Shown here piece after piece: positions 25,614 through 37,195 of a stretch of 64,000 nucleotides of DNA. The stretch's first letter is position 1. Each line of letters starts with the position of its first letter. The notes beneath the pieces were generated by a model that was given only the letters and a program-made list of their open reading frames with translations, was not told where the DNA came from and did not search any database. This DNA is from Felis catus (Eukaryota): the NCBI RefSeq assembly GCF_018350175.1, contig NC_058368.1:211546001-211610000 (forward strand), read 5' to 3'. The translations under genes and the position numbers were made by a program.

Positions 25614-27369
25614 TAATTTGCCTACTTCTGCAACATATGTGTTACTCTCCATTTTTTCCTTGTAGTACAGTACTACAAAAAACTCCATTTTTTAGATTAC
25701 TTCCTTCACCTAGCTTCCGTTAAGCAGGCCAAAAATTGTAACAAAGGCTAACCCAATAGTACTGTAAACAAAACACGGGTTTGTGGTAGAAAAGTGAAAT
25801 GTATAAACAGGGTTCACAATGGGCCTGAAAGTATCAGAATCTCAAAGATAAGGAATAGTCACTACATTCGACCCGGGGCCTAAACATGAGACCTGTGTCT
25901 GTCTCCAAGGCTTACTTGACCATTCTGAAGAATTCTTTCAAAACTAGGAACAAGTTGCCCAGAATCTTTTTGACAAACGATAGCAAAATGACACACAGAT
26001 TGAGTCACTGACCCATAAAAATGGAATAAGAATCCCAGCATCCTTTCAATGAGGTTGGGACAGCTGCCCCATCACAACCGGGGCGCAAACTCTGTTTTGT
26101 TTCCGGTAACAAGTAGGCCTGTTCTTAATAACACTTGGGTCTCAATGTGGATAATTTTTGCCTGTGAAACACAGGCTAGTTAGCCTACACCAAAGCTCAT
26201 GACTGGCCTTGGTCATGTGGCTCTCAAAGCACATGAGCTAAGGAGCCTTGGATACAAAATCATTTCACAGTTTGGATGCAAAGCAAGTACAAGAGTGGGT
26301 TGCACCTAACAAGCCCGGCCTTCCCATAATGCTCCTTAACGTCACATAACACAATGAAAAGCAGCCGAGAGGACATTCAGATCACGCTAAAGGGAACCCA
26401 TCTGGAAAATCCTGCTGTCCTTTTGTTTTCAGTCCAGGGCATGGGAGAATAGTAAATACTGAGCGAAGAAGGGGCAGAGGAATGAGGGGTGACGATGAAC
26501 TGTATTTTCATGCCACCCTTACTCATTCACTCAACACAGTGCCTGGTGCCCGGAACTGGTCTAGATGCTGCAGACTAAGCAGGGACCATGATCTCATCCT
26601 ATCGTGACCCAGACTGCCACCTGCCACTCAAATCCACATGTTCACTGTGGGGGAAGGGCAGACGTGACTTTACAAATAACACTCAAAAAGGCAGGAATCT
26701 ACAGTACCAGACTCCCACCGCTCGCTGAACCCTCACCAGAGCCTATGAAACCAACCCCCTTCCCACTATTCCCAGAGCACAGCCAGGGCCCTGACACCTG
26801 TCGCAGCACCCCGACACCTGTCACAACGCCAGAGCCACCACTGGGACAGCTGTGTACAAGCACAGCCAACCTGGTCTACGCAGTGCTCTTTGTTATTTTC
26901 ACATCAGAAAACGATACAAACATTCTGTAAGTCTCAGGGTCCAGTCTGCCTCTGAGAGCCTCCTCTCCAATGCCCCAACCTCCCCAAAACAGGTCTAACC
27001 ACTTTGCTTTCCATGTTCTCCACCCAGCTCTTATCTCTGGCACCAAAGGCTTTCAAACCAGTCCTGTGCATCTGGCTAGCTGGCTTCACTGGAACATGTT
27101 TTGGTCAAAGTTTACCCATGATTATCACCTGTCAGCTGTCACCGGAAAATTGTCAAGGAGAATCTGAAATCCAATTACAGGCCTTTACTTGATGGGCTGG
27201 AATCGTGTTTTGTGTCCCCGAGGGCAGAGGCTTGGGCACAGCAGCAACCACAGACACTGCAGGCAGGTAGGACTTCTGGATCCAGAGTCCCCAGGCACGA
27301 GTCTTGGCTCCTACTTCACCTCTGTGATTTGACTAGTGCTAGAAGTTGAACTGAATTATGGTGTAACTG

Positions 27370-27804
27370 AATTATGGGTTGAATCCCATAATGCATGTCG
27401 AAGTCCTAACACTTAACCAACATGCCTCACAATGGCTCAGAAATCGGTCTGTGGCTGAGGTAATTAGTGAAGATGAAGCCATTCTGGAGGAAGGTGGGAC
27501 ACTAACCCAAAACGACTGGTGTCCTTATAAAAAGCACATGTTTGGACAGAGAGACAAAAAGAGGGAGTGCTCCATGAGAAGATGAAGGCAGAGGTCGGCC
27601 AAGGAAAAAGCAAAGACTGCCAGTAAGCCACCGGAAGCAGGGAACAGATTCTCCTTCAAGCCTCACACCTCCTCACAACACCTTGATCTCCGCTGTCTAT
27701 CCCCCAGAACTGTGCAACGATACATCTTTAGTGCTTAAGCACTAAAAGCACTGTTTGTACTACTTTGTTTTACTTTGGTATGGCAGTGCTAGCAAACTAA
27801 CACA
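27370..27804 (+). mobile_element. MaLR (MLT1B-like) solo LTR splitting a MIR
   Basis: ttatgggttgaat...gaagtcctaac...gactggtgtccttataa...ccagaactgtg...gcaaactaacaca; MIR-like halves on both flanks. Confidence 0.8.
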
Positions 27805-27964
27805 GCAAGTTACTATGTCACAGTTTTCTCGTCTGTAAAGTGGCGATAAAAATGCTAGTTCTCTAATAAAGAGGAATAAATCACAATTTGTTACATTGCT
27901 TAGATAATGCCTGACACAGAAGTGCATTTTAATGTTATGTAAATAGTCTCAATTTAAAAAAAAA

Positions 27965-28166
27965 TTTTTTAATGTTTATTTTTGAGAGAGAGAGAGAGAA
28001 CACGAGCAGGAGAGGGGCAGTGAAAGAGGGAGACACAGAATCCGAAGCAGGTTCCAGGCTCTGAGCTGTCAGCGCAGAGCCCGACGCGGGCCTGAATCCG
28101 TGAACTGTGAGATCACAACCTGAGCTAAAGTCGGATGCTCAACCGACGGAGCCACCCAGACGCCCC
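27965..28166 (-). mobile_element. CAN-SINE
   Basis: Ends gccacccagacgcccc. Confidence 0.93.
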
Positions 28167-28174
28167 TCCATTTC

Positions 28175-28337
28175 TTTTTAAATCAAGTAGACTTAAAAAG
28201 AGAGAGGGGGACAGAGGATCCGAAGCAGGCTCTGCGCCCACAGCAGAGGCTGATGCGGGGCTCGAACTCACAAACAGAGAGATAATGACCTGAGCTGAAA
28301 TCGGATGCTCAAGCAAATGAGCCAACCCAGGTGCCCC
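28175..28337 (-). mobile_element. CAN-SINE (degraded), in tandem with the previous one
   Basis: Ends cccaggtgcccc. Confidence 0.88.
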
Positions 28338-28994
28338 AGATTTTTTTTTTTTTTTCAAAGTTTCCTACCATCTCTTCCCACCAAACTGCTTAGTGAAACA
28401 CAAGTACAATAATAAGCCCACACTAGATTTCTCAGGAGAGGAGAGGCACTTACACTTGGCTGGCATGCCCAGAACAGGGTGTGGCCCTGGTGTATTAACA
28501 GGAATCCAGATTTCCTCCCTGCTCTTCATCTACACCCACACAAAGTACCACATCCCTCCCCCCCTCCCCACAGCAGTCTTCCTCCCAGCCTTGGCCTTAG
28601 TCCTGGCCCTTTTCTCTGGTTGGTCTCTCAAAACCCCCTTTGTCCTTTTGCCCAAAGTCATTCTTTAGTTTCACCCACCCACCCCCAGTTTTCAGTGCTA
28701 TGCCGTCCATCCCTCCCATCATCTGACTTTATTTCCCATTCTTTGTCCGTGTTCATCTCCCTCTTCAGTTAGGCCCACCCCTCCCCCCCTCCCCCAGAGT
28801 CCCCACCAGTACTGGTTTCCTCTGGTAATCCTAACCTACCCAGTCAAGAAGCCCAACCCCAAATTCATCTCCTCTGTGAAACTCCTATGGTATTTATCAC
28901 CTGCACTCCTTGTAAATGACACAAGCCTTGTACCGCTGTAATGCTTCATGCACATCAGTCACAGTGTTGACTAGAGAGTAAACTTTTGAGACCA

Positions 28995-29215
28995 TGCATT
29001 CATCCCACATTGCTGAGGAGCTACTAATGCCAGGCACTGTATTAGGCACTGGGTCAACTAATATCAGCTACAGTGTACCAGATTTTATCCTAATCCTCAT
29101 GATGATGCTAAGGGAGGTGCTGCATCACCCTGGCTTACAGATAAGAAAACCAAAGATCAGAGAGATTGTATAACTTGCCTAATAGCATGTAGGCAGTAAG
29201 AGACAAAACTGGGAC
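28995..29215 (-). mobile_element. L2 tail + MIR fragments
   Basis: gcattcatcccacattgctgagg...tgccaggcactgtattaggcactg; ttacagataagaaaaccaaagatcagagag...taacttgcc. Confidence 0.55.
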
Positions 29216-29261
29216 AAGACAGAAAGTAGGACTAAGAAATAGTACAACGGGTCAACTATAC

Positions 29262-29425
29262 TCAGACCCCACAGAATGTGTATTAAGGCATTGTCCATTT
29301 GGAAGGATGTCAATAGTTATCACATAGATACATAGCACCCGTGTATATGTATACACATACAACACACAAATTGACATCCTTCCAAATGGACAACAATGCC
29401 TTAATCCACATTATTGGGTATCTGA
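29262..29425. repeat. Long inverted repeat (fold-back), ~53-56 nt arms, 55-nt spacer
   Basis: 29291-29314 ttgtccatttggaaggatgtcaat is the exact reverse complement of 29370-29393; pairing extends outward with few mismatches. Confidence 0.9.
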
Positions 29426-30454
29426 TTCTAGAAATAAAATATAACTATATATCTATATAATATATATCTCTGAAGGCAGCGCTAGTTATTCAATACTATA
29501 ATGACTAAATAGGCATGCCTAACAAGTTTGTAGATGACTCCGTGATTATAAGAACCCGAATTTAAAATGATGCAAAAACTAGAGAAATAGATTTATCAAA
29601 CAAAATAAAATTTAACTAGGATAAATACAGTGCCCTGAATTTGGGTTCAAACATCCAACAGAACAAGCACATGAAGAGAAAGACAGGGCTCTGCAAGCAA
29701 AAGTAGAAAAGAATAAAAAAAAAAAAAAACAGGTATGAATCAAGAGGGGAATGTGGCTTTAGAAAAAATATGATCTTAGGTTATGTCAAGAAAGCTATAT
29801 GCCTGGGAAATGGAAATGCCACTATTTTAAGTTCCTTTGGAACAAATCTAAACCTTCACTCAGAATTCTAAGCCCCACAATTTGAGACCCAGAGTGGCAT
29901 ACATGGTAAGAGGAAATTAACTGATGCAAGAATCCTCAGATTTCACAGGTTCATAAATTGCATGTCGACTGAATGAATGCATGCACTCGGTATAACCTAA
30001 AACTAAGTTTATAACGTGTAATTGTAGGCTGACGTCATTCCCAAACTTTCCTATGAAGGTGTGGATCAGGTCTCGACAGAGACCTCTCTGTGTAAACAAT
30101 CCCAGAATGATGGCTGTAAAATGGTATACTTAATCAGGCCCCTGTTAATCCCACATTTTATCAAGGCAGGTCACACAACATATTACTAGACTCAAAAGAA
30201 AAAGCCTGATTGATAACCTAATGTCACCAGTTGCAACACTCAGGGGCAGTTTCCATTTCTAACATGGAAAAGGCATTTAATTTTACTGAAACAGCATGTT
30301 GCAACAGTCTTGCACCAACAGGACAATGGGGAATTGGCAAAGAGCAGCCCCTATTCCCTCCTGGGGTAGAAGTAATCAAAGCTAAGAACATTTGGCACAC
30401 TTTATCATCCAACTCCCAAATGGAGGCTCACGGTGGATATCACCTGCGGCTGAG

Positions 30455-30937
30455 TATATTCGCTTTCTAGGGCTGCCACAAAAAGGTACCTCAAACTGAA
30501 CGGAAATCTATTGTCTTATAGTCCTGGAGGCTAGAGATCAAGGTTCCCACAGGGTCAGCTCCTTCTGAGGGCTGCAAAGGTAAATCTGTTCATGCGTCTT
30601 TCCTCACTTGGGGTGGTTTGCTGGCAATCTCTGGCACTTCTTGACTTTTAGACACCATCCAACCTCTACCTCATCTACGCAAGGCGTTCTCCCTGTGTCC
30701 TTTAGTTTTCCCTCTGTGCACATCGGTCTGTATGTCCAGATTTCTGCTTTTTATAAGGACGCCAGTCATACTGGATTATGGCTTACCTTAACGACCTCAT
30801 TTTTTCTTTAATATAATTTGATTACCTCTGTAAAGATTCTATTTCCAAATAAGGTCACATTCTGAGATACTGAAGGTAAGAACTTCAATATATATTTTGG
30901 GGGGGGGAGAGTGGGGGCAGGCAACTCAACCACAGCA
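30455..30937 (-). mobile_element. MaLR (MLT1C-like) solo LTR
   Basis: ctagggctgccaca...cctggaggctagag...tttccaaataaggtcacattctgagatactg; 5-bp TSD ctgag (30450-30454 / 30938-30942). Confidence 0.88.
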
Positions 30938-31209
30938 CTGAGTTCATCTTCTCCAGGGTCCATTCCCTTTTCACCTCTCTGGATTTAGCTGGTTTGGTGG
31001 ATGCCTAGCTAGAGGAAAGGTTTCCTGCCTCCCCTGCAGCTAGGTAGAGGCATGTGACTAAGCTCTGGACGGTTCCATGTGAGGGCACGGATTTGTACAC
31101 CTTCAGGGTCACAGCCTTTCAGAAGGGAAAATGCTTGTGTTCCATTTCTCTCTACTCAAGTCTTAAGGAGACAGAAAAAAGAATATGCAACATGAACAGC
31201 AACCTAGAC

Positions 31210-31698
31210 CAGCACAGTCCAAAAGAAATAAGGCAAGACTTTCAAGTTTCTAAGGAGCCATATTTGGGGTGCCTGAGTGGCTCGGTCGGTTGGGCATCTG
31301 ACTCTTGATTTCAGGTTAGATCATGATCTCAGGATTGAGCCCACCATCAGGCTCCACACTCAGCGTGAAATTCTCTCTCTCCCTCTGCCCCCTCCCTTGC
31401 TGCACACGCTCTATGAAAATAAAAAAAATAAAGTATCTAGGACTCATATTTAAAAAATAAAACAGGTGAAATGAATTTTAATATGTTTACTTAATCCAAT
31501 ATGTCCAGAATATTAGCACTTCAATGTCTAATGATGACAAAAATAGTAATATTTTACATTCCTTTTCTGGTACTAAGCCTTTGAAGTCTGGTATGTATTT
31601 TATAGTTACAGAATACTATATCTCAATTTGAACTAGCCACATCTCAAATGCTCAAGGGCCACATGTGGCCACTGGCTACTGCAGTGCACAATACAGCT
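31210..31698 (+). mobile_element. MER33 hAT MITE interrupted by a SINE
   Basis: aaacaggtgaaatgaattttaat...tactaagcctttgaagtctggt...actagccacatctcaaatgctcaa...gccacatgtggccactggctac. Confidence 0.8.
31266..31430 (+). mobile_element. CAN-SINE, older
   Basis: ggggtgcctgagtggctcggtcggtt head; A tail. Confidence 0.88.
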
Positions 31699-31818
31699 GT
31701 GGACAGTGGCAAAAGGACATCATAGAAGGATCTGGGTCCCCAATGCATCTATGGAGCAGAGCTATCCTTGAGCTGGCCCTTGAGTGATTAAAACTTTAAC
31801 TTAAGAAAACAACTTCTA

Positions 31819-32013
31819 GGGGTGCTTGGGTGGCTCAGTCAGCTAAGCGTCCAGCTTCAGCTCAGGTCATGATCTCATGGTTCATGAGTTCTAGCCCCAT
31901 GTCAGGCTCACTCCTGTCAGTGCGGAGCCCGCTTCAGATCCTCTGCCCCCACCGCCTCCCCACCCCTCTCCCGTTCACACTCTCTCAAAAATAAACAAAC
32001 ATCAAAACAAAAA
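31819..32013 (+). mobile_element. CAN-SINE
   Basis: ggggtgcttgggtggctcagtc head; tail aaaaataaacaaac. Confidence 0.92.
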
Positions 32014-33389
32014 ATTTCTATCTTATTTGACTTCAGGGTATTTGTTATAACAGCTTATCCCATACCATAATAAATATGTCTACTGGACTTCATAGAGGAC
32101 CCTGCGGCTTCTCACTTATGAAACGGAGAAGAATGGGTACTTCCATGAAGTCATGTGGACTCCCATGAAAAACCCCACCAAAAAAGCAGCCCCAGTTTGA
32201 AAACTGCCATGGCAACATTCTCAGCACTGGGAAATACATCTCAGAATAAGCCCATCCAAGAAGAACATGTGGTTCTTCAGAGTTTTCCTTGTTCTATTCC
32301 CACATTATAAATCTCTCCATTTCTCAGCCGTTAGCCTATGGAATAGCCCAGGGGAAAGGCAGGAGTTAGAGACCACCAGATCATTTGGCCTTCCAAGAAA
32401 ATCAAAATGAAACCCTTTCAGACAGTACTTGCCAAAAAGTTAAAATATTTTTCATTAATGCAAACCACCCTAATAATTCGACAACCAAGTTGATCACAAC
32501 ATGCTGACTCTCCTTGTTTAAAAGGAGGTAGGGACTCAAACAAAAGGAAAGTCAAGGCTAGTCACGTCACCTTTATAGATATGTTGGGCCTTTAGCTAAT
32601 GCAGACACCTGGTGCAGTAATAAATGGAAACAACCACCTCTGTACAGAAAACATCTTTGGGTGGAAACTCAACTGAAAAGCACCACGGGATGAACTCAGA
32701 AGGAATTCCTACACTTCATTCCCAAGGAGAAGGTACATACAAGAATTTGTCACACACAAAACACTGAGGTCAGCAAGAGTTCCAAATGATTAGGTAATTA
32801 ATTCAGAATAAAGTGATAAGAAGTAATAACCTAGATGATTCACTGCTTGTGTAGACTATCAGATTTCCCCAAGTGGAGGGGCCAGGTTCTGAGTTTCATA
32901 CTCGTCTCCAGCTGCATCTGGAATGGATCAGGTTTAACCAAGAGTTCCTGGACTTACTGTCAGGGATAACTAAATAAAGCTGGGATCCAAGTAGCCAGCA
33001 ATGAGGCTCTGTTTAGAAATACACTTTTTTGTTTTGTTTTTAGGTATAGACGTTTTTATCTGCTCCAGGGGAAGAGCAGAAGTAGCATCTATTCTCTCTT
33101 GCTTTAAAAGTTAAGATCGAAGTGTATTTTGCCTCCCAGGAAACAAACAACCCAAGATCTTGCCAGACCCTCCTCTGCCACGGGAATAACACTAACGTTG
33201 GTGAGCTCTGCCACTATCGGGAGCATTCATACAATGCAGTCATTGCCTGGGTCTTTGTGCTTAGGGCAGTAGAGCAGAATTTATCTCGTGCAGTTTAAAG
33301 CTTTGGAATTTAGGAATGAGAATGCCCCATGTCAGCAAGCGTGTGCAGCGGGCGACAGGGCAAGCTCCGGTGGCAAGCAAAACCGGGGT

Positions 33390-33585
33390 GCGGATCTCTC
33401 TGCCATTGATCCGATGTGTGACTTTGAGCAAGCTACTTCACTCCCCTATCTTAATTTCTTTCTCTGTAAAATGTTATTATAACAATGGTGTTTACTGGAA
33501 AAAGTCTGGTAAGCATGACGTGATAAAGAGCAGGTGACGAGCTTGGTACAGTGCCTGGCATATAGTCAGCAGGTGATAAATGAGA
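33390..33585 (+). mobile_element. MIR fragment
   Basis: tgtgtgactttgagcaagctactt...tctgtaaaatg...cagtgcctggcatatagt. Confidence 0.75.
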
Positions 33586-33841
33586 CCTCTCCTCCTCCTT
33601 TCTGCTGTAGGTCAGCAATCAATATGCGTTTACTCTGGCTACTCATATTATATACTAGGCAGACTAAAAAACTGTGATACTCTGACCTCTATTAGACACT
33701 GAAAATAGTCCACAAGATAAAGAAACAATGGCACTAAAGTCATAAGCGTGCATCCTGCGGTGGGCGGGGCATGGGGGGAATGTTGGGGGGATTGGGGCAA
33801 GGCTTCCGAGAAACTTCTCTGGGATGGAAAAGCCAGGAAGT

Positions 33842-34293
33842 ACACTTTGGGTTAAACTGTGTTCCATTCCCCCCACTTCCCCAAACCCCCACCAGAACTG
33901 ATAAGTTGAAGTCTGAAGTCAGTCAGAATAGGACCCGATCTAGAGACAGGGTCTTACAGAGGTAATCAAATTAAAAGGAGGTCATTAGAGTGGGCTCTAA
34001 TCCAATAGGATCGTGTCCTCATAAAAAAGGGAAATTTGGACACTGAAACACACCAGGAAGAATGGGCACGTGAAGAGGAAGACGGAGATCAGGTAGGGTG
34101 TCCACAAGCCAGTGATGGCCAGAAAACCAGGAGAAGCCAGGAGAGCTTGGAACAGATTTGCCCTCACAGCCCTCCCAGGAAGGGGCCCTGCCAACACCTT
34201 GAGCTCCAACCTCCAGCCTCCAGAACTGTGAGGAAATACATTTCAGTTAAGCCACTGGGTCTGTGTTTACAGCAATCCTAGGAAACTAATACA
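33842..34293 (+). mobile_element. MaLR (MLT1C-like) solo LTR
   Basis: gggttaaactgtg...gaggtcattagagtgggctctaatccaat...cagcctccagaactgtgag...ggaaactaataca. Confidence 0.85.
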
Positions 34294-34553
34294 AGGTGAA
34301 ATCAGGCAGCAGGCAGATTCCCCATTAGGAAGGGCTGACAAGACCTGGAAAATATGTACTATGACACAAACCTGACTGAATTTCTCCCCAGAAGTTTATG
34401 AGAGTCTCATACCTCCAACCCAAAAAAAGATCATCTCTGATGTATCTCTGATGTATTTTGACATTATGTGTCTTAAAAAAAAAGAGACTTAGCTTTACAG
34501 ATTTGGCCAAGGTTCCTCTGTCAACAGAGACTTGGATTTTAAATACTCCCATG

Positions 34554-34555
<2 letters not shown>

Positions 34556-34598
<43 letters not shown>

Positions 34599-34606
34599 TG
34601 TGTGTG
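34556..34606. repeat. (TG)n microsatellite
   Basis: About 20 uninterrupted TG units plus a degenerate extension. Confidence 0.97.
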
Positions 34607-36719
34607 GTGTGGAAGGGAGACTTGGGCATCTGTAAAAACTTACTGCAAACGACCAAACACTCCTTGAAAAAATACCTTGGCAGAGATGGCGATTATCGAC
34701 CTTCACAAGAGCAGCTCTCTCAACAGGCAACAAATTCAAACTCCTGTCTGAGCAGGATGTGTCTGGTTCCTCAAGATTCACAGGGTGTGTGCATTTCTTT
34801 GGCTGAAAGCTGCCATCATTAGTAGCTACTACCTAAAAAGTACCGCTAATTTAATATCTCATGGAGCCAGCCATTTTGAATCGCCTTGATTTTTTTTTTT
34901 TTTAATGGAATGTCCGCTGCTTCCCTTATTACAATGAAAAACATAATTGGGAACAAATCTTACATAAAATTAAACACACACCCACAGAGTAAACTCTGAA
35001 GGCCTCAATCGTGTTTGAGAGGCATTTCTCAAGCTTTGTTACAAAGATCTTTCAATCCCATTTCCCATCCTTCAACCTCCACCCATTTCACTCAAGGCAC
35101 TAAAAATTGGCATTCGCAAAGAAATTCCAGAAGCCTGAGCATTTTTATTAACAAAGGGAAATCCCAACCTTCTTGGCCTCATTTCTCATGATGACAGCTC
35201 ATTTTTCCATGTGGAACCACATGCTAGTTGCTGCAAATATGTAAAGAGGTAAAGAAGCCACTTTCAGACTGTAGTCATAAAAGATATAAATAATGATGAT
35301 TTAAAGCTCTGTGCTCATTTTATAAGCATAAAAGTCAAGTATATCCATTTTTAAAACTAGAATGAAAATTCATAGTGTTTTTATTAAAAGACTCGAGTCA
35401 TGGCGTGGGCACTCTGCTGGGCTCTTCAAGTATTACTATTTTGCATGTCAAGGGCAAGTTTTTGAAACTGAGCTAGTGGCAGACTCCCGTGCATGACCCT
35501 CCCCTCCTCTCCCATCCAGTATTCCAAATCCTACCCAGCCTCAAGGACCAGAAAAAGCTCCACTTCTGTTAAGCTCTCCCAATTTTTCCCATTTCCAGTG
35601 ATTCACCCCTCTGAAAATCGATAGCATGAATCGTCCAGACCCCACAATTTAACAACTGGTTGTGTCACCCCTTTACTCTCTATTGTATATATGATGTGTA
35701 TTTTGCCTTAGTTACTTCCTGCATGTAAGTTTTCTCCTCCCATCCTGGTTTGTGAGCTTCTTAAAGAATCATACCTCACATTTCTCCTATATGCTCTCTA
35801 GTATCTAACCCAAGTTTAAGGATACCCAAAATAAAGTTACACATGTCAAATGAAAAATGTCATCTACCGAAGGGCACGGGTTTAGCTTCATAATTCTCTT
35901 CAGCCTCTGTGGGTTACGGTAGGCTCCCAAGTATGTTTAGGGACTAAAGCAACCAGACAATGACAGAATCTAACCACAGCCCACAGAATTGGGCTCATCC
36001 CCCTATTATACTCACATAAACCTGACCTTGATTTGGTAGCCATATGAATCAAGTGTTCCAGAAAGGAACTTGGATTAAATCTCTACCGGCATGATGGTCC
36101 CGGAGCAGCACAGTGACCTTAAAGGCATCCACAGGGGTCTCCTTTGGGTCACTCTTGTCCTTTTTCACTCCTGGGTTTTGCTCTCAGTGGCCTCAAACTG
36201 ATCTGGCTGTAGACCTCCCAGACACAGGCTGGTTGAAATGTGATCATACCAGTGGGTCACCTGCCTTCTCTTTATGAAAGCATGAACATGATCTGCTGTC
36301 CCTCTTCTTCCTACCCCCCAGAAATACAAAGAACTCTTTCTTCCCCCTTCTCCTTTCAGACTCACACAAAGACAAGAAGGAAAATTTGATGGCTGATGGT
36401 TTAGGATGGTTATTTCAGAAAGACCACTCACTTTAGGTAAAGATTACAGTTCAGCTTATTTAACTGAACAGTTTAAAACCTGCTTTTCATGTAATAAGTG
36501 ACATGCATGTGCACATACACAATACCAAAAAAATTCAAACCAAAAGGCACACATTGCAAAGCAAGCCGACCTCCCCCAGCTACCCCCAGCTCTCAGTTTC
36601 CCTCCTCAGAGGCAGCAGCTATTATCAGATTATTCTGCCCTCCTGGCTGTAGACACTTTCCAAACCCTACTTTTGATCATGGATTTCTGATTAAGAGAAG
36701 GAAGTATCTAACAATCATC

Positions 36720-37195
36720 TCCTGAATGCCAGGCCCTAAGATATGTGTTTTACATACATTAGCACATAGAACCTTCACAACAACTTTGGAAGGCTAATGT
36801 TATTTTCTCCACTTTTCGGGTGTGGAATCTGAGGGTCAGGAAAGGTAAGAGACTTGCACAAGGTCACCAGCCTAGGTCCAAAGTCACTTTCCAAACTGCT
36901 GACTGGATGAAATGGTTTTCAAGGTCAAATCTCCATCCAAATTTCCTTTTAGAAAGCCTGTGCTCTGTAACTGGGTTCCGATGTCAGAAAAACTGATTGT
37001 ACAAAGTAGAGCTCTAAGAACCCAGACAAGTTACCATACCTCTCTAGGTCTCAGTTTTTCCATCTGTAAAATGAGTCTAAGTGTAATACCTACCACATAA
37101 GGTTTGTGGCAAGATTCAATGAATTTCACACAATGAGCTTTGGATGGTAGCTGATGTAGAGTCAATTACTTCCTAACAGTTATTATCACATGGCT
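36720..37195. mobile_element. Two MIR fragments (minus ~36720-36875, plus ~37010-37195)
   Basis: ctgagggtcaggaaaggtaagagacttgcacaaggtcac; ctcagtttttccatctgtaaaatgag...aatacctaccacataagg. Confidence 0.7.

Larger units (their letters stand above)
31015..32075 (+). mobile_element. Old MaLR (MLT1I/J-like) LTR fragments interrupted by MER33 and SINEs
   Basis: tttcctgcctcccctgcagctaggtagaggcatgtgactaagctctgg; atagaaggatctgggtccc...atggagcagagct; tttgttataacagc. Confidence 0.55.

Noticed and set aside
27349..27377. 13-bp direct repeat aactgaattatgg at an LTR edge
   Set aside because: Small local duplication at the decayed MLT1 boundary; no sign of an array or function.
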